64,000 nt of DNA from Deltaproteobacteria bacterium ADurb.Bin151. Lineage in GTDB: Bacteria; Desulfobacterota; Syntrophia; Syntrophales; Smithellaceae. A model generated the notes under the pieces. The model searched no databases. It was not told the origin of the DNA and was given only the letters and a program-made list of their open reading frames with translations. The stretch is from the NCBI GenBank assembly GCA_002070455.1, contig MWDG01000002.1:7062-71061 (forward strand), in the 5' to 3' direction. How positions within the stretch are numbered: position 1 is the first letter of the stretch; every line of letters starts with the position of its first letter. The translations under genes were made by a program, and so were the position numbers. This document shows, piece by piece, positions 53,675 to 61,212 of this stretch.

Positions 53675-54022
53675 TCAGGTTTTCATGATTTCTGCCAAAG
53701 CCTTACTGTCCACCCCAAAATAAACTTTTCTGTCAACCTTCACGATGGGACGGCGAATAAGGCGCGGTTCTTTCAGCATCAGGTCAATCAGATCTTTATC
53801 CTTGAGATTTGCCTGATCCAGCCCCAGTGACTTAAAACTGGGTGAACGAAAACTGAACATCTCCGAAGCCGGCTGTTTCTGCAGCAGTGCGTTGATTTCT
53901 GTACGTGTAAAAGGTGTCTTGAAAAAATCCCGTTCGTTGATTTCCACTTTCTTTTGCAAGAGATACTCCCTTGCTTTACGGCAGGTGTTTCATTTATTCC
54001 AGCAGAAAAAGTCAATTTTCAT
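53675..54022 (-). CDS. ArsC/Spx-family thioredoxin-fold selenoprotein (UxxC); in-frame TGA at 53990-53992
   Basis: ATG 54022 has AAGGAG 5 nt upstream. Translation: MKIDFFCWNK-U-NTCRKAREYLLQKKVEINERDFFKTPF...LIRRPIV.... The TGA replaces the first Cys of the family's CxxC (compare Spx SPSCTSCRKARAWL). The track only shows the TTG-started remainder (53675-53959). Confidence 0.8.
53956..53974 (-). promoter_or_regulatory. Candidate bacterial SECIS hairpin
   Basis: The mRNA reads GCAAGGG-AGUAU-CUCUUGC (7 bp including one G-U pair). It starts 16 nt after the UGA, and the apical loop carries GU 23-27 nt from the UGA. Confidence 0.55.
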
Positions 54023-54135
54023 ATCATCTCCTTATCGTGCAGTTTTAATAAAAACTTTATCACTCCAATCTACTTCTGTCATTCATTTTTTATTATCTCT
54101 GCAATTCAATATATAAACGATTACAGTCGCTATGT

Positions 54136-54272
54136 CCTCCGCCGGCGGAGGTGGCGCGGAGCGCCGGAGGTGGTAATTGTAGGGATTGCTCCCCGAGCAA
54201 TCCGCTTCGGCGAGTTTGGCATATAACCAAACGGGTAAGCGGAGCGCACTGCATTAAAAAGAATCCTCCGCC
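54136..54272. repeat. Cluster of GC-rich palindromes and short direct repeats in a 400-bp divergent intergenic region
   Basis: Perfect 16-nt palindrome CCTCCGCCGGCGGAGG (54136-54151). Hairpin GGCGC-GGA-GCGCC (54153-54165). 9-bp stem GGATTGCTC-CCC-GAGCAATCC (54183-54203). Direct repeats GCGGAGCGC (54156-54164, 54239-54247) and CCTCCGCC (54136-54143, 54265-54272). Confidence 0.7.
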
Positions 54273-54428
54273 TGCCCCCTCCAGAGAGGGACAATAGAAG
54301 GTAAAAACATCCAAAGGGGGCAAAAGAATGCAACCCCTATGCACCACCTATTGACAGGCTTCCGGCTAAATAGTAGGTTACAAAAAAATTTTTATTGATC
54401 ACCGGTTTTTCCACCTAGCGAGGATCAT

Positions 54429-55172
54429 GTGCGAAACGAAGACGTTCTGGCAAGAATCCACATGGATGCCGTACTTTCAAATTTTGAAATCCTGACAAAG
54501 GAGGATGCAGACGCATTTTCCCTTGCACGGACATGGAACGGCAGGATCTTTTTCATCGTCGGCCTGAAAGGCCCGAGGGCCACCCTGGAAATGAAAAACG
54601 GCGCCATCAGCGTTGCAGAGGGGAAAACCGGAAAGCCCGACATTGTCCTGTTTTTCCCCACCGCAAGTATCCTCAATAACCTGTTTACCGGCACCGGTTC
54701 GGGCTTTCCGATCCCTTTAAAAGGTCTGCTCAAGGCCAGGGGACTGAAGGTGTTCTCAAGCCTTGCCAAAAGAATGGAGGCCATCCTGAAAGGCGCCAAC
54801 CCTCCCCGTAAAATCAAGGCCAGACTTCTCATCAACACGGTGGGCAAAGCCATTGCCGCCATCGCCGCATCTGAACCCGAGTCACAAATCATTGCACGAA
54901 ACCTCAGGGGAATTGCCGAAGTCAGGATCAAAGACGACGAAGCTGTCAATATCACTTTCAACGGGCAGGATGTAACCGCCCGCAACGGTCGCGCGACAGA
55001 TCCTGATCTTGTCATGGAATTTGCCACCCGGGACCTGTTCCTGGATATTGTTGATGACAGGGTGGACGTGTTTGCCGCAATCTGTCTGGAAGACATTCTG
55101 GTCGAGGGTGATCTTCACATGGGCGAAGCCATCAACCTATTTCTCGACAGGGTCGGCGTCTATCTGCAATAG
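54429..55172 (+). CDS. Hypothetical protein, SCP2/sterol-carrier-like fold suspected
   Basis: 247 aa. GTG start with GAGGA 4 nt upstream. Two segments resemble SCP2 domains (ATLEMKNG...PDIVLFF; TFNGQDVTA...PDLVMEFATRDLFLDIVDDRVD...GDL). Confidence 0.5.
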   Translation: MRNEDVLARIHMDAVLSNFEILTKEDADAFSLARTWNGRIFFIVGLKGPRATLEMKNGAISVAEGKTGKPDIVLFFPTASILNNLFTGTGSGFPIPLKGLLKARGLKVFSSLAKRMEAILKGANPPRKIKARLLINTVGKAIAAIAASEPESQIIARNLRGIAEVRIKDDEAVNITFNGQDVTARNGRATDPDLVMEFATRDLFLDIVDDRVDVFAAICLEDILVEGDLHMGEAINLFLDRVGVYLQ

Positions 55173-55182
55173 GAGACAAAGC

Positions 55183-56418
55183 ATGGCCTATACCTTTGAG
55201 CAGTCTAAAGCGCTGTTTCAGCGCGCCGCCAAAGTCATTCCCCAGGGTATCTACGGGCATTTCAATCCTTCCACAACCATTCCCGGATCCTATCCCTACT
55301 TCATTGCCAAGGCCAAAGGTCCGCGCTTCTGGGATGTGGACGGCAATGAATACATCGATTATTCCTGCGCCTATGGCCCCATGATTCTCGGCTACGCCCA
55401 CGACCGGGTTGACGAGGCCTTCGCCGTGCAGGCCAGGAAGGGAACGGCAACTATGCCGCCTTCCACCCTGCTGATTGATCTGGCTGAAAAAATGGTGGAG
55501 GTGAACGACTGCGCCGACTGGGCCGTGTTCGCCAAGAACGGCGCGGACACGACCTCCTGGGCCCTTGTCCTGGCCCGGGGCTACAGAAGGCGAAACAAGA
55601 TTGTGCTGTCCCATGGAGGCTATCACGGGACCCAGCCGTGGGCAGGCTCCAACCATACCGGAATCAGTCCAGCCGACCGGGCGGATATTATCATGGTTCC
55701 CTGGGGAGACCTGGATGCCTTCCGGCAGGTTGTGGAAGATAATAAGGGCCAGATCGCCGGAGCGATGTTCACGCCTTACCATCACCCCGTCTTAGAGCAG
55801 CAGATGCTCCCCTCTCCGGGATACTGGCAGGGCATGCGCCGGGTCTGCGATGAAAACGATATCGTGCTGATCATTGACGATGTGCGCGCCGGATGGCGGC
55901 TTGACATAAAAGGTTCGGCCCATTATTTCGGCTTCAAACCCGATCTGGCCTGTTACTGCAAGGCAATCGCCAACGGTTATCCGATATCCGCCCTGGTCGG
56001 CACAGACAAAATGCGGATGGTCGCCTCAAAAGCTTTTCAGACCGGCTCCTACTGGAACAATTCTCCGGAAATGGCGGCGGCGCTGGCCTGCATTGATGAA
56101 ATGCAGAAGATCGACGCCGCCGGCATCTGCGACGCGCGCGGCCTGCAACTCCGCCGGGGTCTCGAAGAACGCGCCACCGCCCGTGGACTCCAGTTTAAAA
56201 TGTCCGGACCAAATGCCATTCCCTTCCTGCATTTCACCAATGAAAAGAATTTCAGGCGGGCCCAGCTTTTCTGCAAAGAATGCTCTCTGCACGGAGTATT
56301 CTTTTTCTGGCATCACAACATGTTTTTGAGCGCGGCTCATACCGAAGACGACATCCGAAAAACCATTGATGTGGCAGACCAGGCATTTAAGACCGTAAAA
56401 GAGCACTTCGGGGGGTAG
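55183..56418 (+). CDS. Class III PLP-dependent aminotransferase (glutamate-1-semialdehyde aminomutase-like)
   Basis: ATG 55183 with AGGAG 7 nt upstream. GxYGH, DGNEYIDY, GYHG, IIDDVRAG, and the catalytic-Lys region CYCKAIANGYP. Confidence 0.88.
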   Translation: MAYTFEQSKALFQRAAKVIPQGIYGHFNPSTTIPGSYPYFIAKAKGPRFWDVDGNEYIDYSCAYGPMILGYAHDRVDEAFAVQARKGTATMPPSTLLIDLAEKMVEVNDCADWAVFAKNGADTTSWALVLARGYRRRNKIVLSHGGYHGTQPWAGSNHTGISPADRADIIMVPWGDLDAFRQVVEDNKGQIAGAMFTPYHHPVLEQQMLPSPGYWQGMRRVCDENDIVLIIDDVRAGWRLDIKGSAHYFGFKPDLACYCKAIANGYPISALVGTDKMRMVASKAFQTGSYWNNSPEMAAALACIDEMQKIDAAGICDARGLQLRRGLEERATARGLQFKMSGPNAIPFLHFTNEKNFRRAQLFCKECSLHGVFFFWHHNMFLSAAHTEDDIRKTIDVADQAFKTVKEHFGG

Positions 56419-56613
56419 CTGCTGGTGTAATGTTTCAATAAAAGCTTTACACCAATGTCATAACCCTTTCATTTACTCGTTTCGAATCCTTCCGCTATGC
56501 TCAAGATAAACTCTGTGAGAAATCTTCATGAATTCGGAGTATAAAAAAGATATCTCCCGCTGGTCGATATGACAAGATTATAATGAAGCACCACAATAGA
56601 GCGACAATCACTG

Positions 56614-57258
56614 TCAGGTTTTTTCCCCCAGGATCGACCAGTACAGTTTGACACCGCAAATTGTGAAGTATTCAATTTCCTGGATTTTACAACCAGATCC
56701 TTCCACAAGGCCGGCGTAATTCCACACGGGATGGAAGACTGCCTCAGTGGTCAGGCTGTAGAAAGAGATGGCGAAATACCAGTTCAGTCTTTGCACAATT
56801 CCCCTCCACCCTGTCTTTTCCGGCAGGACAAATTCTCCCACAACAAAATAGCCGCCGGGTTTGACGAGTGTTCCAAGGTGGTTTGCAACCTCGACCACCC
56901 TAGTCTCGGAGAAAACATTCAGAAAGAAGTTTGAAATCACCATGTCATACTGACCCGTCTCCCTGATATTGAAAATATCATCATTGATCACACGGATCTC
57001 GTTCGGCGGGTTCTCCTTTGCAATGCGTTTGCGGAATTGACTGATCATGGTTTCCGACAGGTCAACAGCCGTCACCTTCGCGCCGAGCTTGCTTGCTTCT
57101 ATGGCCTCCGTTCCATGCCCGACCCCGGCAACGAGTACCCTGTCGCCGGGCTTCAAATGCTTGAGCATCGCAGACTTACATTTGGGGATTCGTCCCAGGC
57201 TATACAGATTCCCGGTTAACTCGTATTGAAATCCAACCAGCCAGTACCCGTCTTTCAT
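56614..57258 (-). CDS. Class I SAM-dependent methyltransferase
   Basis: ATG 57258 with AAGGAG 6 nt upstream. Motif I RVLVAGVGHGTEA, post-I VTAVDLSETM, and DMVISNFFLNVF. Confidence 0.8.
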   Translation of the reverse strand: MKDGYWLVGFQYELTGNLYSLGRIPKCKSAMLKHLKPGDRVLVAGVGHGTEAIEASKLGAKVTAVDLSETMISQFRKRIAKENPPNEIRVINDDIFNIRETGQYDMVISNFFLNVFSETRVVEVANHLGTLVKPGGYFVVGEFVLPEKTGWRGIVQRLNWYFAISFYSLTTEAVFHPVWNYAGLVEGSGCKIQEIEYFTICGVKLYWSILGEKT

Positions 57259-57575
57259 GGAGTGCTCCTTTTTCAGAATTTGCCTCTCTTCTGTGAGAAG
57301 GCGCAACAATCGATAACTTTCTTATGCGATATAAAAAAATGGAATCTATGGACACGGGCTTTCTGCACCCGAAAAAAGTATATGAGGTGAAGAATTATGT
57401 GTCAAGCAGCTTTTGATAAGGCACCCCCGCGATAAATTTCTGTACATCAAATTTCATGGTTAATATTTTTTGACATATAAAACTTTTTGTATTTTCCTGC
57501 GCTAAAAAAGTGTACTCTATTTCCGACAAATCTAAACCGGTCAAGATCATGCCTGATCTTATGGAGACAAAGTAA

Positions 57576-60485
57576 ATGAACAAACATCTTTTAGCATTTG
57601 TTCTCATCCCGCTCATTCTTTTATGCTCCACCCTGACAGGCACAGCACAAATGGAGACTTATTCCGACTCTCTGGTTAACGCCAAGACGAACGCAGACGC
57701 ACCGATAAACTGGATGGCGGCCTACGATGACATCGTAAAAATCTCCACAGCCGCCTCGGTAGGGGCCAATCCCTTCGACCTGAAATACTACGGCGACCAG
57801 TTGATCGTTCGCACAGCCAGCACGGAACGGGCCTACAACGGTTATTACTGGCCTAACATACCGACCACTGCAGGGTCTTCCTATGCGGTACGGGATGGCA
57901 CAACCATCATGAGGTCCTGGGTCACGACGGGGAAAGAAGTTACTTCCTTCATTGACAGACAGAATCTGAACGCCAATACGATCATCCGGGGGTTGGAAAA
58001 GGGAACGGGGATGAGCAGCACGGGAACCCATGACGCCATCTTTGAAATGGCGGTGACCATCGGCGATCATTACAATCCCCACCTGCTGCGTCCGACACGG
58101 AACCCCGACCCTGCTAAATACAGCACTAATCCCGGGGAATACGGAACGTATGGAAAATTTGCCCCCGGCGACACTCCCTTTCCCGCCAGCCCCGAGGAGG
58201 CTGGCATTGGAAGAAACGGGGATCCGGCAGCAGAAGCGGTTTATGCCAATTACAAGGCAGCATACAATGCATGGGCAACACAATCCCATTCCGATCCTGA
58301 TGTAAATAACCGTTTTCCCTGGACGGAGCTGGGATATACATACCACTGGGGACAGGCTCCAAACGTTCCCACAAAACTGTCGGAGGTGCAGGGACTGTCG
58401 GAATTCATCCTGCTGGGCGGCACGCGCAATTCCGATCCGGCAAAGACACCATCCGGTACGAATGAGGAAGGTAAAGTCGTTGTCGTCGGCATCTACTCAA
58501 CACAATCCTATCTTTATACAAAAAATGACGGAACAAAACTGCGCAACGCCGCAGGCGCTCAATATGGAAACGGCTTTGCCAGCTTCAACGTGACCGGTCC
58601 CTGCAATACGCTCTGGGCCGGCGCCGCTTATCAGGTCGGTGCCCGCCGGGACACCGGCTTGCCCCATACCATCACCATCGGCCCGGACGGATTGATCAGT
58701 TCTGCTCAAAACCCCGGCCAGGGCATCCTGGTTTCATCCCGGGATTATACGGTCACAAACGCAGGGTCGATTACCGCGACTGCGGACACGAAAAAATTCA
58801 ATATTGCCGGAACTGAAAACATTGCGCTCCTGTTCAAGGGAGATGCTGCACCCTATAGTCCTCAAAACCGTGAAGTGAAAAACACGCTCATCAATTCCGG
58901 TACGATTGTAGCCCCAGGGGCCAATGGAACCGCCGTGGCAGCTTGGGCGGGTGATACGGAAATCATCAATTCCGGCACGATCACCGGTACCGGAACAGGC
59001 TACGCCATCAGGACCGGCGCCGGAAATGACACACTGACCATCAATGACGGTCAAATCGACGGGAGCATAGACCTTGGTACAGGAACAAACCGTTTTAACT
59101 TCACCCTGAATAAAGACATGGCCACCTCCGCACTGATCGTTAACGCCAACACGGTCACTCTTGAAGGCAACACGCTTGCTGTAAACGTTACCCGAACAGG
59201 CAACAATATAAGAAACAATGACTCGTTTCTCATCGTGGATGCGGTGCAGCCGATTCTTTACAACGCAAAGCTGTCCATCCTCAATGACAGTGCCCTTCCG
59301 ATGATCACCTTTTCCGACTGGCGAACGGCAGACAACCTGAATCTCTATTTCATTGCTGCACGTGACAATACCTTCTACACGCTGCGGTCCGGCAATGCCT
59401 CGCTGGGCTTCGTTCTCGACAGTATGGCAAACACGGCAACAGGCGATATGGCCGCCGTCCTGGAGGATCTTGACTTTTCCGGCAATCCCCGCAATGCCCG
59501 GCAAATGGAACCCAACGTCAACAACGGACTGGTGCAGACGAGTTTCGGGACCGTGGGCCAATACAATAATACCATCCTGAACAGAATTGGGCAGGTACAG
59601 GCGTGCCAAACGGAAGATATCAACATGACCGGTGCCCGGACCTGTCACGAAACCGCCAACAATTCAGCCTGGGTGCAGGGATTCGGCAGTTATCTCCACC
59701 AGGGAACCACGGGAGTAAGCGACGGTTATACGGCAAATATATGGGGGCTTTCGCTCGGCTTCGACAGATTTCTTTATAAGAATATTCTTGCGGGTTTCAG
59801 TTTCGGTTCCGCGCGAAACTACGTGACAACCCATGATGTGAACACCAACACCGATGCCGACAGTTACCAGGGAAGCATCTATGGCAGCCTGGCTCAGGAC
59901 GCCTATTATCTTGACGCCATCCTTTCTTTTTCCTACAACCGGTATGACACATCAAGGCACATTGTTTTCAGCGGGATCAATCGCACGGCAAAAAGCAATT
60001 ATGACGGCTGTCAGGTTTCCGGTTATCTCGAAGGCGGTTATGCCTTCAACATCAGGGGCATCATCCTGACTCCCCTCATGTCGCTCCAGATGATTCACCT
60101 GAGTCTGGAGGACTATACGGAAACACAAGCCGGTGCCCTGAACCTGAAAGTAGACCGTCAGAACTACAATCTCTTCCAGACCGGCCTGGGTATGAAAGTC
60201 GCCTACCCTATCATAAATAAAAACGTCAGAATAACGCCTGAGCTGCATGCCAAATGGCTTTATGACTTTGCAGGAGACGCCCAGCAGATCACCTCTTCAT
60301 TTGCAGGGGGCGGTACCTCATTCGTCACGCAAGGTGTTGACCCGGCCCGCTCAAGTGGCAGCATTGGTGCAAAGCTGACCATTATGACCCCAACAAGCTG
60401 GTCGGTATCGCTGAACTACGATTTTGAAACGAAGCCGGATTTCTACGGCCATCATGGTTGGATCAGCCTGCGGTATGAGTTTTAA
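57576..60485 (+). CDS. Autotransporter (type Va) outer-membrane protein
   Basis: 969 aa. Signal peptide, a Gly/Thr/Asn-rich beta-helix-like passenger (INSGTI...GTGYAIRTGAGNDTLTINDGQIDGSIDLGTGTN), and a C-terminal autotransporter barrel ending WISLRYEF. Confidence 0.9.
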   Translation: MNKHLLAFVLIPLILLCSTLTGTAQMETYSDSLVNAKTNADAPINWMAAYDDIVKISTAASVGANPFDLKYYGDQLIVRTASTERAYNGYYWPNIPTTAGSSYAVRDGTTIMRSWVTTGKEVTSFIDRQNLNANTIIRGLEKGTGMSSTGTHDAIFEMAVTIGDHYNPHLLRPTRNPDPAKYSTNPGEYGTYGKFAPGDTPFPASPEEAGIGRNGDPAAEAVYANYKAAYNAWATQSHSDPDVNNRFPWTELGYTYHWGQAPNVPTKLSEVQGLSEFILLGGTRNSDPAKTPSGTNEEGKVVVVGIYSTQSYLYTKNDGTKLRNAAGAQYGNGFASFNVTGPCNTLWAGAAYQVGARRDTGLPHTITIGPDGLISSAQNPGQGILVSSRDYTVTNAGSITATADTKKFNIAGTENIALLFKGDAAPYSPQNREVKNTLINSGTIVAPGANGTAVAAWAGDTEIINSGTITGTGTGYAIRTGAGNDTLTINDGQIDGSIDLGTGTNRFNFTLNKDMATSALIVNANTVTLEGNTLAVNVTRTGNNIRNNDSFLIVDAVQPILYNAKLSILNDSALPMITFSDWRTADNLNLYFIAARDNTFYTLRSGNASLGFVLDSMANTATGDMAAVLEDLDFSGNPRNARQMEPNVNNGLVQTSFGTVGQYNNTILNRIGQVQACQTEDINMTGARTCHETANNSAWVQGFGSYLHQGTTGVSDGYTANIWGLSLGFDRFLYKNILAGFSFGSARNYVTTHDVNTNTDADSYQGSIYGSLAQDAYYLDAILSFSYNRYDTSRHIVFSGINRTAKSNYDGCQVSGYLEGGYAFNIRGIILTPLMSLQMIHLSLEDYTETQAGALNLKVDRQNYNLFQTGLGMKVAYPIINKNVRITPELHAKWLYDFAGDAQQITSSFAGGGTSFVTQGVDPARSSGSIGAKLTIMTPTSWSVSLNYDFETKPDFYGHHGWISLRYEF

Positions 60486-60712
60486 ACACTCTGGCTCGCT
60501 TCTGCTTTCGAATAGTAAACATCGATTCTCCAGATGCAAATGTGTATTACATTGTATGCATCCGAAATTCTGAAAATGGATCATCGCAGATTTAAATTTC
60601 CAGCTGGCTGTGCCACCTGGACAACTGGAAAAAATCTGAAAAAAATATTGACAAAGTGCACAAGCAACGTTACAAGAAATAATAACCCTGTTACTTGTAA
60701 CAAGTATAATAG

Positions 60713-61195
60713 ATGAAAAAACCATCAGATAGAATAAAAATCTGGCGTGAAAAGCAAAAAGCCGAAGGCAAGACCTCTATAACGGTCTTGTTGTCCCATG
60801 AGGCCCGGGCAATCCTTGCCGAGGAAAAGGAAAAGACCGGTGAGAGCTATTCCGTCATCGTAGAAAATGCTCTTCAATCTCTGAATAAAAAGAGCTATAA
60901 ACTGCCTGGTCAAAAACAATCCAGGCGAGACGACAAGCTAGTGAAGTTATCCACAGGTTATCAACAGCCTGTCATTCCTGTCCCGATTCAAGAAAATGCG
61001 GGGAAACCAAAGCTACTGATCGATGATCTGGTCCAGTATCCAAGCGTTAAGGATATCGAGTTGGAGCAGAGATTGAAAAAGCTGAGGGGGATTTCCGATA
61101 CTAAACTCAAAAAAGGACTTTTCAGCCGCCTGTTTCGTTTCTCCACCGGTCCAAAAAGCCGCAAATCAATCATCAAGCCCAGAGGATCTTCTTGA
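60713..61195 (+). CDS. Hypothetical protein with RHH-like N-terminus and Lys-rich tail
   Basis: 160 aa. N-terminal KTSITVLLSHEARAILAEEKEKTGESYSVIVENALQSL fits a ribbon-helix-helix pattern. No obvious SD. Inverted repeats lie upstream. Confidence 0.45.
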   Translation: MKKPSDRIKIWREKQKAEGKTSITVLLSHEARAILAEEKEKTGESYSVIVENALQSLNKKSYKLPGQKQSRRDDKLVKLSTGYQQPVIPVPIQENAGKPKLLIDDLVQYPSVKDIELEQRLKKLRGISDTKLKKGLFSRLFRFSTGPKSRKSIIKPRGSS

Positions 61196-61212
61196 AAACC
61201 GGACATGGCATA

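Noticed and set aside
53788-54015. 75-aa minus-strand ORF overlapping the start of the ArsC-like gene
   Set aside because: It is out of frame with the conserved ArsC/Spx sequence and has no recognisable motif. It is explained away once the TGA at 53990-53992 is read as Sec in the other frame.
54300-54345. GGGGGCAAAAG...CAACCCC, briefly considered as part of a c-di-GMP-I (GEMM) riboswitch
   Set aside because: Only a single short hairpin is present. The second GEMM hairpin, the tetraloop-receptor features and the ACGCAAAGCC-type conserved segments are absent.
54425-55096. 223-aa ORF antisense to the SCP2-like gene. Similar long antisense ORFs lie at 9932-10699, 16950-17825, 19258-19941, 33215-33934, 37927-38751, 50647-51474, 52749-53414, 55132-55785, 57621-58346, 58734-59648 and 61192-61995.
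   Set aside because: Each lies opposite a gene with clear family motifs. Their translations are Arg/Ser/Pro/Gly-rich and motif-free. Long antisense ORFs of this kind are typical of moderately GC-rich coding DNA.
56424-56453. Hairpin GGTGTAA-N16-TTACACC after the aminotransferase gene as a terminator
   Set aside because: The stem is AT-rich (5 of 7 bp), the loop is large at 16 nt, and there is no U-tract. It is not convincing as an intrinsic terminator.
56479-56489. GTTTCGAATCC, a tRNA T-loop-like motif
   Set aside because: The flanking sequence cannot form acceptor, D or anticodon arms. It is an isolated chance match.
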